DNA from: Protoeuglena noctilucae
Taxonomy: Eukaryota
Assembly (NCBI GenBank): GCA_958009085.1
Contig: OY253685.1
Span: forward strand, 1-64,000
Direction of reading: 5' to 3'
Length of the DNA stretch: 64,000 bases
The notes beneath the pieces were generated by a model. The model was not told the DNA's origin. It saw nothing but the letters and a program-made list of their open reading frames with translations, and did no database searches. Below, piece after piece: positions 14,438-29,400 of the stretch (position 1 is its first letter; every line of letters starts with the position of its first letter). The translations under genes were made by a program, and so were the position numbers.

Positions 14438-17400
14438 ATGATGGGGCCAGGGCTGGGTTCGGCCGGGCCTGGCGCCTTGCGGGCTCCGAGAAAGGCGGCC
14501 ACTTCATTCTTTGCCTTAGCTACACTGCTGACACTTCTCCGCGGGGCGTTCGCCGGTGAGGGCCGAGCGCGGGCTATGCAGGCGCATTGCCATTGACCTG
14601 CGCGCCGTCCCGCGAGCGCGCCCAGGCCCGCGGTGCCCCTCCCCCGCAGACTCGACGTTCACATCGTTGACGGTGTCCACGTGTCTGGCCCTGAAGACAG
14701 TCACGCTGTCTCCCGCGTTCGCCGGGGGGACGTCGGGCGGCACGAGCACCTTCACGGCGACGGTGGACCACGAGTGTTCGCTGTGGCAGCCGACCACGGA
14801 CGTGAACGGCAACTACACGATCACGTCTCCCTATTCGCTGTCGGCGTGGCTCACGTGGGCTTGCGTAGACCCGACCTGCGCGGTGGAGGTGGATCTGTAC
14901 GGGCCCAACCCCAACGGAGGGGCCGACATGGTCGTGGCCTCCTACCCGAGTTCATCGACCACGGTCACGGGCAACCAGACCAACTACCCCCCGTCAGGCC
15001 TGGCGCTGCAGACGGCGACGCAAGTGACGAGCACGCCCCCCACGTCCCCGCCCACCAGCAACCTCGTGGCTGTGGACGACGTCGTGACGCGGATCGACAT
15101 CCACAGCACCGTTTCTGGCGTCAAGACGACCTACACGCTCAACATCACCCGCCACGGAAGGTGCGAGCCGCGCAGGCGGGGCGCGCCGCTCGCAGCCAGG
15201 CCGCTGCGTGTGACGATGGTCGCTGACCAAACGGCTCTTTGTGCTCGGCAGGAGCTGGGACGACCTCTTGAGCAGCCTGGCGGTGCTGGACAGCTCGGGC
15301 GCGGCCTTCCCCACGACGCCGTACGCGTCGAGCGGCGTGCTGTACCAGGGGAGCTGCACGGCAGCTAACGGCACGTACGACAGCTCGGGGGTGACGTCGA
15401 CGACCGGGTTCAGTGCCACCGTGCTCAATTACGTCGTCGAGGTCCCCGACACCACCACAAGCGTCACGTGAGCGGGCGGCAGGAGCGCACGTGGCTCGCC
15501 GTCGCCACTGCGCCGCTCCCCTGAACGCCCCCCCGGTCGCCGCCCGCAGAGTCAAGGCTATCGGCGACACCATCGGCACGCTGAACGCCACGACGCTCTT
15601 CCAGCGCATCCTGATGTACTCGGACGCGACGGGCGCAGCCACGGGCTACTGCGGCAGCACGTGCCTGCACGGGTCGGACATCTACACGACGCCCGGGTGC
15701 AGCACCAGCTGCACCAACAACGTCACCTACTCCGGTCTCACGGCCACCTCGAGCACCCTGGCCGTGGCCCAGGGCGCGCTGGTCACGGTGAAGGTCCGCG
15801 TGGAGTCGCAGGCGTACCAGCCCCTGCAGACGTGCCCCAACACGACGTGCCCCATGTACAACAACAACGCGGCCTCGTACCGGACCTACACCATCCAGGT
15901 AAGGCAGCCGCCCGCCCGCTGCCGCCCGCGGCTGTCACCCGCCCCTCCCCTCACGCGACGTGCCTGCCCCGCACCCCCCGCAGATCCTGCGTCGGACCAA
16001 GAGCGCCAACGCGCAGCTGTCCGCGCTGGCCCTGACCCCCACCAGCACCGGGGACACGGCGCTGGCGCTGTCGCCGACGTTTGCGGGCGGCATGTACACC
16101 TACACGGCCCCGGCCTACTACCGGTCGTCGGCGCTCAAGTTCACGGCCACGGTGCCGGCGACGACGTTCCCCTACTCGGCCACGGACAACGTGAGCCGCG
16201 CGGCCATCACGGTGCAGGCCTACACGGACGGCACGTTCGCGACCACGTCGGGGTCGACGCTGACGCTGGTCAGCGGCACGCAGTCGACGTCGACGCTGCC
16301 CCTGGCGACGCCGACCGTGAGCGCCTCGGCGTCCACCTACCTGCGCGTGTCGGTGACGTCCGAGGACGGCAGCACCACCCACGCCTACCAGGTCACGGTG
16401 ACGCGTGCGGCGCCCAGCAGCGACTCGACGCTGTCGCAGATCCACCCGAGCGTCGGGTGGCTGGTGGCCGCGGCGCCCAGCGGCAGCTACCTGGCCGTGG
16501 TGCCCGCGTACCCCAAGGACGGCTACGGGGGGTCAGCCACCAACCCCGACAGCACGGCCACCGCGTACGCCTTCGCGGCGACGACCACCGCGTACCGACT
16601 GCGGTCGGACCACGGCATCCCCTACTACACGACGGTGATCAACACGGCGAACGGGGGCACGGCGGCCGACGCCATCACCATGACGGTGTCGCCGATGGGG
16701 GCGGCCACGGCGGGGGGCCAGGTGCTGTCGACGGCCACGGTCGGCGCCTACGACACGTGTGACCAGTACGGCGCCTGCACCAATACGGTGCTGGCGCCCT
16801 CGGCCGCGGCGGCGGCGTCCGGGACGGCGAGCGCGACCATCAGCATCCCCGCGTGCGCGTCGACCAACTGGCCGGTGCCGTGCACGACGCTGATCAAGAT
16901 CACCGTCTACGCCGAGAGCTACTCCCTCGACAACACCAAGACCACCACGTACTCCCTCTACGTGGACCGCGCCCCCCAGGTGCCCACGGACGACCAGTTC
17001 CAGGACCTGTACCAGATGCGCATCAACAACTTCGCGACGGAGATCAGCGGAGCCAGCGACCTGACGGGGGCGGCCGCGCAGTCCCCGACCGCGGCCTGCA
17101 GCAGCGGGGGCAACCTGACCACGGTGACGATCAAGGGCACGGGGGCCAACCTCTTCACGGCGGGGAGCAGCCTGCAGCTGTACCTGGAGGTGGACGCGGC
17201 CAAGTGGGCGGCGACGTGGGTGACGGCGAAGCAGACGGGCGTCAACAACCACAACAACGGGGGCTGGACGGCCGTGGCGACCGACTACTCGCAGATGCCC
17301 CGGCTGCTGTTCAACGTGTCCGTGTCGGGCGCCAGCACCCCGACGATCGCGCAGCAGTCGCTGCCGAGCACGGGGACGGGGCTGTACGGCAACTGCCCCG

Positions 17401-20400
17401 GCATGGCCGTGTGCAAGCAGGGGTGGTGCGTGGCCGACGCGACCGTGTCGGTGGCGGACCCGAAGGGGTCGGGGCTGCAGGAGTGCAGCAAGACCATCTC
17501 GCTGACGCAGCTGCTGACGGCGTCGGGGTCCTACAATGCCTCCGCCACCTCCACGGCCTCGCTGTCCGGGGGGGGCACGTCGGTCAAGGCCGTGCACGTG
17601 ACGGTCAACGCGGCGGGGACGACGGCCGTGGACGCGTGCAACGCGCAGGTGACCTTCACGGTCGCGTACGGGCAGATGAGCCTGCCGTCCTCGGCCGTGG
17701 GGCTCACGGAGGTGGGGTCGCGCGTGGCCACGGCGGGGGCGCTGACGCTCACGGGGAAGGACCAGTACGGCAACACGGTCACGGGCACGGACCGGGCCTA
17801 CGCCACGGGGCAGGTGGCGGCGGCCGTGTGTACGCCGCGGCAGGGGCTGACGGACAGCACGGGCACCCTGGCACGCGCTTTGGTGGGGGACACGTCGGCC
17901 TTCCCGACCGTGTCGGACGCCAGCACCACCAGCCCCTCCCCGGGCAAGGTGGCGGCGACCACCCCGCCGCGCATGGCGGTGGACCGCGACGGCAATGTGG
18001 TGGTGGCGTGGGTGGACGACTCGTCCCTGACGCTGCCGGCCGTGGTGAGCGGTCAGACCACCACCGCCAGCGTGACGGGCGCCGTGCAGGTCAAGCGGTA
18101 CTCGGCGGCCCTGAGCGCGTGGCAGTCCATGGGCGCCTTCGCGTGCCGCTCCAGTGACACGGGCGACTACACCCCCGTGGCCGTCAACGGATTCGACCTC
18201 TACTCCACGCGCGCCCCCGCGGGGTCCTCGGCCGGGTACCCGGACGTGGTGCTGGCGTACACGTGCAACTCGCTGGTGTTCGCGTACGAGCTCGACGCCT
18301 CGGGCAACACCGCCACGTGGGCGCCCATGAGCCCCCAGTCGGGCAACTGGTCGTCCTCCGGCCTCTACGGTGCGCTGTCCCCCACCTGCAGCCCCAGCTG
18401 CGGCGGCACGGCGCAGGTGCAGGTGTCGTTCGGCACCGATGTGGTGGTGTGCCACCAGGAGCGGTCGGGCACCACGGTGAGCAGCACCGACATCAGCCTC
18501 ATGCCGTCGTGCTACCAGTACAACAGCCTCAACAAGCAGTGGGCGGCGCTGGGCCCGCGCGGCGTCAACACGACCGTCTTCACCACCGCCGGCCTCACCT
18601 GGTCGTCCGGCACCAACGGCACGGTCACGGCCGTGGCGGTCATCACGGGGGCCAACGCGGTGCTGCTCACCTACAGCACCGTCTCGCAGACGTGGGGCAC
18701 GGCCTACACGTTCTCGTCCACCAGCTGGACGTCGGTGCAGCTCTACCGCACCCGCGAGGCCACCCCACGGCTGCTTCTCATGGGGTTCGCATACAACTCG
18801 GCCAACCCCACGCCCCCGTCGACCCCGGCCGTTTTCAGCGTCACCACGGGCACGCCCTCGGCCGTGACGCTCCCGCACTTCTCCTCCACCTCCCCCTGTG
18901 CCGCCACGGGGTGCACGTACGCGGGGGTGTCGAACCCGGTGCTGAGGGACGACGCGTCGGGGCGGCTGATGCTCTTCGCGCAGGATCAGGGCAACAGCGG
19001 GCAGGTGGTGATGCTGCGGGACCTGGTCGACAACGAGTGGGAGGAGATCCACAACATCTTCAACCCCGGCTCCGACCTGGCCGTGGGCGAGGCGGCCCCG
19101 ACCGGCACGGCCATCTACGTCATGGCGCGGGGGTCCTTCTCGGCCAACACCTCCCTCGACCAGCACCTCCTCGTCAAGCGGCTGGGGTTCGCCGACCGCA
19201 CCGAGTCCAGCTGCAGCTGCCCCCGGGGCTACACGTGCGCGGCCCCCAGCGCCAGCTTCACCGCCAACGGCGACGGCACCTACTCCGCCACCGCCGCCCT
19301 CACCTCGGACGGCTGGAACCTCGTGTTCGTGCGCGCCAGCACCACCGCGAGCGACCTGGACCTCTCCGCGCACCCCACGGTTCTGACGGCGTGGGCGGCC
19401 CCGTCCGGCGGGGGGAAGGCGGCCACGTACCCCTACCACGTGCGCGTGACGCCCGGCGCCTTCGGGCAGGGCTCCACGATCCTCATCCCCAGCACGGCCT
19501 TCACGATCCCGTCCCCCTGGCCCCAGTTCTACCTCCTCCCCCAGGACGCGTACGGCAACCTGCACCCGACCGGCTACAGCGTGGGCAGTGTGGCGCTGGC
19601 CTCGGTGCTCTACGACACGACGAACAGCAAGGGGCCGGAGGGGCCGGACCACACGGCGTGGAGCGCCACGGCGACCTACGAGGGGTCGGCGCTGGGCGCG
19701 TACTCGGCCATCACGGTGGCGGCCAACACGGCCGACCTGACGCAGGTGGTGGTGAAGAGCTACCGCGCGGCCATCTACAACGTCGGCATCACCGTCTCCG
19801 GCACCGCCCTCACCAGCCCACGTGAGTGCCTGCACATGGATTGTATGTCGCCGCCACTCATGGTCGTCACGCCCAGCCCCTCCGCCCCTCCCTTGCGTGC
19901 TGATCGATCCGTCTTCCCTCTCCCCGCAGAGAGCTTCCTCCTCCGCGCGGGTGAGATCTCCGACTGGTCCACCGCCACCTACTGGCCGTCAACCGCCAGC
20001 CCCGCGGGGTCGATTGTGGCAGGGGACCCCACGACCATCCTGGTGGACGCGGAGGACATCTGGCAGAACCCGATCAAGTACAACGATAACTCGGCCAAGC
20101 TGGCCCTGCACGCGTACATCCTCGACAGCGCGACCAGCCCCACGTGCCAGCCATCGGGGGGCGCCGTGACGTGCGCGGCCGTGTCGGCCACCGCCCTGGC
20201 CGCGTCGGTGGCGATGGACCCGAACGCCCGCACCAACGGGCGACTGGTGGTGTCGTTCACGGCCCCCACCGACGCCTCTAAGGCGTACGGCTTCCAGGTG
20301 GTGCTCACGGGGCTGACCAGCACCGACCTGGACGTCAACGGCGTGGCCAACACGGCCAAGATCGGGCGGGTGCTGCCGTGCGCCGGGTGCACGGCGAGCG

Positions 20401-23400
20401 GCGTGGGGAGCATGCTCAACGCCTCCAACCTCACCCAGCGCATGGTGCAGATCCAGGTCAACCCCAACGTGCCCGTGCCCGTGTCGACGCTGCTGGACTA
20501 CGCCACGTCGCAGGTGGCAGGCAAGGTGCAGTTCAAGCTGTCTCCCAGGGACGCGTACGGCAACTTCAGCCCCACCACGCGGTGGAAGCTCGTCGTGACC
20601 CCCACGGCCATCTCCGCCGACGCCGGCCCCGCCCCCGCGGGGGTGCCCGACACCAAGACGGCCATCGTGTCCCTGTCGCCCTTCACGGACGCCTCGGGGC
20701 AGGCCGTGGCGGGCACGCAGCTCTTCGACTTCACGCAGGCGGGGAACCAGAAGCTGGTGCGCATCGGCACCTACCAGCTCACCATCTTCCTCCAGAGCCT
20801 GACCGACCCCAGCTCGTATACGCAAACGTCCGTCACGGCCAACGGCGTCGTCATCCCCGTCCCCGCGGCCTCCTCGGGCGGCTCCGGCTCCACCCCCGCG
20901 CCCACCTCCACCCCGCCTCCCACCATGTCGCTGACCGTGGTGCCCGACCAGCCCAGCGGCAACTCGACCGTGTCGAGCCTGCCCGCGCTCATCCGCGTGG
21001 GGCAGCAGATCGTGCTGTACATCGGGGCGGTCGACCAGTACGGCAACCGCATCCGCACGGGCGGGCAGCTGGCCACGGTGGCCGTCAAGCTGGTGAACCT
21101 CAACGACCCGTCGGTGGTGGTGACCGCGTCGGTGGCCGACAGCGGGGACGGCAACTACATCGTGCAGTTCCAGCTGAGCCAGGCGGGCAAGTACCGCCTG
21201 ACGAGCTTCTTCAACGGCGTGCAGCAGCCGGCGCAGCAGGACGTGGAGGCCATCGCGGCGGGGCAGCCGTCGGGGCAGGTGGCGAGCGTGGTGTCGCTGC
21301 CGGCCGTCGGGGGCATCTACGTGGCGCAGGTCGACGAGCCCTTTACGGTGGCGCTGGTGGCGGACAAGACGCAGCCGCTGGCGCCCCAGGCAGCTTTGAC
21401 GGTCACGGCCACGCTCAAGTTCCAGGCCAATGGGGGCACGCAGGAGCAGGCGGTGGCGTTCGGGCAGATGAACGCGCAGGGGCGGTGGATGGCCACCGTC
21501 ACACCCCAGGCGTCGGGGGTCTACTCCATGGAGGTGTCCGTGGGGGGGTCGCCCGTCTTCGGGTCGCCCTTCGCCATCCAGGCCCAGAGCCGGCGCGCCC
21601 GGTGGCTGGCCGCGGCCAAGGCGGCGTCGGCGTCGACGACGTGGGTGCCGCCGACGATGGAGGTCGAGACGCTCGCGAGCAGCTCGCTGACCGCGGGGGA
21701 CACCCTCACGCTGTTCGTGAACCTGCGCGACAAGTTCGGCAACTCGCTCACGGTGCAGCCCCGCCAGGAGGCGCGCGTGTACCTGGTCCGGCAGTCCGAC
21801 AACACCATTCTGGACCTCGACCTGGCCACCTCGGACGCCACGGGCGGCTGGGGCTCCCCCTCCACGACCCACGCGGTCTTGCGCGCCCAGGCCACGCTCA
21901 CGGTCCCCGGCACCTACTCCCTCTACGCCTACTTCCACGAGCTCCGCGTCTGCAACCCCGGCAAGGCCGTCTCGTCTCTCGACGCCTCCAAGCTCCCCTG
22001 CCTGCCGGACATCACGGTGGCGGCGGGGGCGCTGGACCTGACCCAGACGACGCTGTTCGGGTCGGGGGTGGCGGACGGCACGGTCGGGGCCACCATGGAC
22101 GTCCGCATGCACCCCCGCGACGCCTACGGGAACATCCTGCCCGCCACGGCCGGGTCGGCGCTGTCGGCCAAGCTCACCGTCTACGGCCCCTTCGCCACGC
22201 TGGCGGCCGCGCAGGGCATCAACAAGGTCTCGGCATCCACGCTCACCGCGTCGCCCGTGGCCATGACGTACTCCTCCGCCGACCGCACCCTGGTCGCCCA
22301 GTACTCCGCCACGGGCGCGTCGGCGGTCGGCTACTACGTGGTGGACGTGGGGACGTACAACGCGAGCGGCACGCGGCTGGCGCAGGTGGGGTCGGACGTC
22401 GTCGTGCACCTGTCCCCGGGGCTGCCGTACTACAACGCCGGGACGCTCGCGGCGCCCTCGTGGGCCGCGGCCACGTCGACGTGCGCGGTCCAGGCGGCGA
22501 GCGTGTCGGCGGGGGAGCAGAACCAGCTGACGGTGCGGCTGCGGGACGCGCAGGGGGTGCCGACGACCTGTCGTGGGACGTGGACGTGGTGCAGGTCACC
22601 CCCTCGCGCGAGACGCTGTCGGTGCGGGCGGCCAACCTCACGGTTGCGCGGGTGTCCACGGACCTCAGCGCCTACACGGTGGCCTTCCAGGGTATGCAGG
22701 CGGGCACGCACACGCTGCAGCTGTGGGTGGGTGGCGTGCAGGCCACCGCCAACGGGTGCCCCGCGTCGGTCACCGTCACGGCCGCCCCCCCCGACCCCGC
22801 GTGGACCTTCGCGTACGGGGAGGCGCTCTCACGGGTCAAGGCGGGGGACACGGCGACCGTGTACGTGCGCCCGGTGGACCGCTTCGGCAACCAGGTCACC
22901 AGCAAGGCCCAGGTCGACGCGGTCGGCCTCACCTTCACCCTCGAGCGCCAAACGTACAGGGGCCTCCCCGCCGACCTCCCCGACTCGGCCCCCGCGTACG
23001 TGTGGCTGGCGGACCCCGCCGTCTACCAGGTGCAGTTCACGGCCAAGGTCGTGGGCCGACTGCAGCTGCGGGCCGAGCTGGGCGGCACTTCGCTGGGCAA
23101 CATGCCCGTCACGCCCGTCATGGTCCCCGGGGACCCGTACCTCCCCAACACGGTGGTGTTCGGGGGCGGCGTGCAGGCCGGGTCGGTGTCCGCGCAGGCG
23201 TCCTTCACCGTGGAGCTCCTGGATGCTTATCGGAACCCAGGCGTGGCCGCCGGGCAGCCCGTGTGGGTGGAGGTGGTGGCAGCGGACTCGGCCACGCGGT
23301 CGGCCATGCTCACCTCCAACAGCTCCCTCGTGGTGGCGCCCATCGTCACCGAGACCTTCCGCGGGTACTACAGCGTGCAGTACAGCGTGCCCGTGCAGGG

Positions 23401-26400
23401 CAACTACACGGTCACGGTGCTGTACGGCACGTCGGTGGTGCAGTCGTACTCGGTGCAGGTGGGGGACGGGTGCATCGGGCCCACCACCTCCGCGGGCGCC
23501 TGCGCCGTCAAGGACATCAACACGTACGTGCCCAGCGCGGCCAACTCAAAAGTGGACCCTGTGATGCGCGACACGGTGGCGGGGGTGCGGCAGGAGGAGG
23601 TGATCATGGCGGTGGACGAGGTGGGCGCGGGGTCGTCGCTGCAGGCGGGCGGCAGCGCCAGCTCGTTCGTGGCCGTCATGTGGCTAGACGACGGCGTGTC
23701 CACGGCCAACAGCCCCACCTACTCGGCCAAGGCCACCACGCCCCTCACCGTCACGCCCTCGAGCCCCCTGTACCTCCTCAACTACAACAACGGCACCTTC
23801 TCCCTCAACTACGCCCCCACCAAGGCCGGCAAGTACTTCATCGACCTCTTCGGCGCCGACGGCTCCACGCCCGTCTCCCTCCCCACCTCCGTCACGCCCA
23901 ACAGCAACCTCTCCTCCTACCCCCGCACCGTCGACGTCTTCCCCGCCGCCACCGACGCCACCAAGTCGACCCTCAGCGCCGCCACCCCGCTCCCCTCGGG
24001 GCTGGCGGCGGGGAAGGCCTTCGACATCCGCGTGACCCCCCGCGATGCGTACGGCAACGTGCAGACGGGGTTCGGGGACCACGTCATGGTCTTGCTCGAG
24101 GGGCAGTCGGGGCAGGCGACGGGGATCACGTTCGAGTACGACCTGTCCCGCACCCACGCCGACTACGCCGCCAAGGACTACGACTACAAGGCCACGGTGC
24201 CGGGGCTGCAGCAGGCGGGGCAGTGGCGCGTGCGGGTGTTCATGGTGGCGGCGGACGGGAGCCAGAAGCTGCTGGCGGACGGGCAGAACAAGGCGGCCGA
24301 CCAGACGGTGTTGGTGACGGCGGGGGCGGTCAGCCCGGGGGCGTCCTTTGTGCACGGCCCGGGGCTGCAGGGCGGCGTGGCGGGGCGGCAGCTGGAGGTG
24401 TTCGTGGAGGTGCGGGACCAGTACCTGAACCCCATTGACATCACGGGCATGGCCGCCACGCCCGCGCCCACCCCCGCGCCCACCGCCAGCGCCACCCCGG
24501 CGCCGACCGCCGCCTCCACGCCCGCCGCGACCGCTGCAACCCCTTCCGGCCCCTACCTCCCCGACTGCACGCTCACGCTGGTCCCCCGCGCCGCGGACGG
24601 CACGAGCCAGGCCCTGTCGGCGTGCGGGGGGTCGAGCGTCACGTGCATGGTGGTGTCGCAGCGGTGCCTCACGGGCGTGGCCGGGAGCTCCAACGTCGCC
24701 CGCATCCCCTTCACCCCGACGGCGGCGGGCACCTTCGACGTGCACGTGACGCTGACGTCCGGGGCCGTGGAGGCGCGCGGCAGCCCCGCGTCGGGCATGG
24801 TGGTGACAGCAGCAGTGCCGGACGTGGGGAAGAGCTCCGTGGACGCCACGACGCTGACGGGGTTCACGGTGGGCACCCGCGCCACCATCGTGGTGGACGT
24901 GCGCGACGCGTTCGGCAACGTGGTGTCGGCCAGCAGCAGCGTCAACCTGGTGGCGCAGGTGGTGTCCGCTGCCGGAGGGGCCACGTCGTTACCCGCCGCC
25001 GTGCAGGGGTCGCGGTTCGCCTTGACCTGGACCCCCAAGGCCGTGGGGTCCGCCACCCTCAACGTGACGATCGGTGGCGTGGCCATCACGGGGTCGGGTG
25101 CCAAGCTGACGGTGGCGCCGGGAGCCACGTCGGCATCGCAGAGCTACGTGCAGCGGCTGGACGGCGCGGACCTGAAGCTGGCGGCGGCAGGCGCGACGGT
25201 GTCTGCCGCCGTGTACGTGGTGGACGTGAACGGCAACCCCCAAGACCCCTCCCAGTCCGACACGGTGACGGTGTCGCTGACGTCCCCGACGGGCGGTCAG
25301 GGATCGGTCATCACGCCGACGGTGTCGGCCCCGCGCAAGGACGCGAGCGGCGCCGTGCTGAGCCCGACCAGCTACCTGATCCAGTTCAGCATCAACACGG
25401 TGGTGCGCCAGCCGGACGCCACCGTGTCGCCGTACACGCTGACGGTGCAGGTGAACGGGGCCAACGTGAAGGGCTCCCCCTTCAGCGTGTACCCGTACTC
25501 GTCGGTGGCATCGGGTGCGCAGTCGTACCTGGTGGACGGCACGACGGGCGCGAGGGTGACGGGCACCACGACGCTGACGGCGGGGCAGGCGTCGCACGTG
25601 ACGGTGCAGCTGGTGGACGCCAACGGCAACCAGACGGTTTACGACCCCACGCGGACGCAGCCGACGGTGACGGCCACGCTCTACGGCACGCTGGCCGACA
25701 CGCCCGGCAAGGGCGTGGTGTACTCGACCGAGGCGACCGTGGCGGTGCCGGCGGGGCAGGGCGGGGATCTGGCGGGGACCACGGCGACGGTCCCAGCGTC
25801 CAACAAAGTGACGGCCACGGACGACCGCAACGGGCGGTGGACGCTGACGCTGACGCCGCTGCAGACGGCGTCGCTGGTGCTGGTGGTGTCGGTGGGGGGG
25901 TCGGCCATCAACGGGGGCGCCTCCTACGCCGTGACGGTGGCCCCGGGGGTGGCAGACGTGACGCGGTTCACCCTGGCGCAGGCGTCGGGGTCCACCGCGC
26001 CCCTCGTGACGTCCGCGCTGGGGGCGGTGGCCGCGCCCGTGGCGGGGCAGCCCGCGTGGGCGGTGGTGCAGCCCCGCGACGGCCAGGGCAACCTCATCAC
26101 CGACGCCTCGGCCTTCACGGTGCTGGCCACCGTGTCGGTCACCACAGGGACACCCCTCGCAGGGTACACCACGCTCACCGCCGCGGCAGGCGACGTGTCG
26201 CTGTCGACCCAGACCGCCGCGGGCACCGGCGACGGCACCAACGTCCCCAGCGTGCTGTCGTGGCAGGCGGGGCAGGCGGTGCTCAAGTTCAAGCCCCCCG
26301 CCGCGTGCCGTGCGGGCACCACAGGGTGCCTGTCGCTGACGCTGCAGGTCAGCTTCAACGGGCAGGTCACGTCCGCGCCGCCCATCGCGCTCACCGTGGC

Positions 26401-29400
26401 GCCGGGGGCTGTGGCGGGGCTGGCGGTGTCGGGTCCGGGGTCGTACGGTGCCATCTTATCGGATGCATCAGCCGGGCTGACGGCCACGGTGGTGCCGGTG
26501 GACGCGTCCGGCAGCCCCGTGGACAACCTGTCGAGTTACCCCGCCGTGACCGTCACGTCGGCCAAGATCATGCTGGCGGACGGCACCGTCACGACGGCGG
26601 CGGCGGACGTGTCTGCGACGGTGACGGCCGCGGACGCCTCGTGCAAGTGCTACACGCTCACGTGGAAGGCGGCCAAGGCGGGCACGCTGTCGCTGACCCT
26701 CGAGTACGAAGCCACCTCTGGGATCAAGCCCACCGCCACGCTCACTGTGGCAATCGCATCGGCCCTGGGTGGCACGACCACGGGGCCCATCGACGCTGAC
26801 CTGGCGGAGATCGAGGGTGACCTGGGTGCCGAGGCCGGGCAGTCCGGGACCTTCCGCGTGGCTCTCTTTGCGCTGGCGGCCGGCACGTCGACCATCGCCG
26901 ACCCGGCCAGCACCAGCGGGGCGAAGCTGGCGTGCAGCGCGCTGGTGGGGCGCGCGCAGAAGCTGGCGGGTGGCTGCCGCGGCCCGCGCATCAACAGCAA
27001 GCAGACGAGCGTGACGGTGACGGCCACGCTGGACCAGACCACGGCGCTGACGGTGACGCAGGGGAACGACGGGATGCATTCCGTTGCTTACAAGCTGAAG
27101 TCCGCGGGGCAGCACTACACGAGCCTGCGCGTGACGGTGGGCACGGCAGCCCCCGCCAGCGTGCAGGGCTACAGCCAGGCGGCCATCCCCCGCGTGTACT
27201 CGGGCCCGCATGCCTCGTGGACCACGCTGCTCTACGACCCCGTGACCATGGCGGTGCTGCCGGCGACGCAGTCCACGGCGCCGGGGTACGTGGGCGTGCC
27301 CTTCACGGTCGACTACGTTTCCACCGACGCGTACGGCAACGCGGTGGACGGGCAGCTGCACGCACCGCTGGTCGCGCAGGTCAAGCTGACGCTGCCGGAC
27401 GGGTCCACGCAGGGCGTCGTGGCCGCCACGCCCTACACGTCCGCCGTGGCCCCGGGCGTGGCGGGGGTCACGGGCGCGCTGGCCCTGGGCAACCTGCCCC
27501 CCGCGCAGGTCACCGTGTCGCGGCTGCAGTACCGCCCCACGGCCCTCCACGTTTACTCCGTCTCCGGCTACCTCTCCACCAACACGTCCCAGTCGGTCGG
27601 TCGCTCCGTCAGCGTGGACGTCGGCCCGGGTCTCCCCTCCGTGGCCAAGTCGTCCGTCGCGGGCACGTCCGTCGAGTCCGCGCTGGCCGGCACCACCGTG
27701 CAGTTCACGGTCGCGCTGGCCGACGACGCCGGCACCCCCCTCTACAATTTGTCCGCTCCCCGCCAGCTCGTGTCGCAGCTGCAGGCGGCCCCGTCTGCCG
27801 TCAAGACCTCCCTCAGCTACGAGGCGCAGAAGCTGGTGGCCACGCCGGCGACGAACGTGCTCACGCAGGCGGTGGTGTCGGCCCAGCTCATCTACCCCGA
27901 CGGCACCAAAGTGACTGTACCGGTGTCGTACAACGCGTCCCTGAGTGCTTTCCAGGGCGCCCTCACGTCTCAGAAGGCAGGCACGGCGTGGCTGGACCTG
28001 CAGGTGTTCGGGCAGGACTTCCTCCCCGTGGGGGCGTCCGGCTCCGTGGTGGTGCAGCCCCTGTCGCTGAGCGGGGCGACGTCGTTTGAGGCGGGGCCAG
28101 CCACGGGGACCATGGGCACCCTGGCGGCCAACAAGGCCGCGGGGATGTACGTGCAGGCGCGGGACCGGTACGGCAACGACATCCAGGCGGGTGGTCTGTC
28201 CTTCCAGGCCTCCGCCACCCAGGTCATCGGCAATCGCGTGGCCGGGGCCGCCAACCCCTCGCTGCTCACCATGCAGCCGGCTTCGGTCACGCTGGCGTCG
28301 ACGGACCTGGCGGACGGGCAGTACCTGCTCTCCGTGACCATCCCGATCACGGGCAGCTTCAACCTCACCGTGCAGCGGGGGTCGGAGCAGCTGTCGCCCT
28401 CCGCCACGCCCTACATTGTCGACACGGGGTCGGGGGCCATGGCGGGCGCGCAGTCGACCGTCGGGTGCCCCGCGACGCTAGGGTCCGGGGAGCAGTGCGC
28501 CGTGCCTGCCACTGCCCCGTTGCCCAACGGCGCCGTGGTCCCCGGCCTGACGCTGCTGGCGGGCGTGCCGGCGCTGGTGGTGGTGAGCGCGCGCGACGCG
28601 GCGCAGGTCCCCACGCTGGGCACCGCCGAGGACATCGAGGTGTATTTCTCCGCGGGGTCAGGAGAGACGGAGCTGGCGAGTGCCAAGTCTCTCATGGACA
28701 CGACCACCACGCCCGCCAGCCACGTGGGTCAGTTCCAGGCCACCTTCACGCCGCTTAAGGCTGGGCCGCTGGTGCTGACGGTGCGGCAGCGGGGCACCAC
28801 CTGGCGCGTGACGGGCACGGTGGTGCCGGGCGCTATGAGCAACACGCAGTCGCAGGTGGCGGTGGCCACGTCCCCATCCGAGCCGGTCTACAGCACGGGC
28901 CGGCAGCCGCAGCGGGTCACAGTGGCGGCCTACGACGCCAACGGCAACCGCGTCACCAGCGCCGCGCGGGTCCCCGACACAGTGTATGTGGAGCTGCGCC
29001 CGGACGACGGCTCTTCGTCCGGCCGCGTGTTCAGCGCCGCCTCTGCTCTGGGTAATGGGTACTTTGCGATGGCCTACGAGACGCAGGTACCCGTGGTGTG
29101 CCACGTGTTCGGTCGGATCGGGGAGCAGGGCACCGGGTTCGGCAACGTGCCGCTGCAGGTGGTGGCGGGCCCGGCCGTGCTGTCCAACACGGTGGTGCAG
29201 GGGTCGGACTTCGCCGTCAATCAGCTGTCGTCCACGACCGCGGGGCAGGCGTCGACCATGTACGTGAGCCTGCGGGACATGTTCAACAACGTGCGCATGC
29301 AGGGGAGCGATGTGTACGGCCACAACGATGCCTCCGTGCCGCCCTCGCCCTTCCTCCCCTCGGCCTCCATGGTCCTCCGCATCACGGGCGTCCGATCCGG

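Noticed and set aside
20378..23564. 3.2 kb overlap of two long + strand ORFs as dual coding
   Set aside because: Each frame is protein-like on only one side of ~22567; explained by a single frameshift and stop-poor GC-rich DNA.
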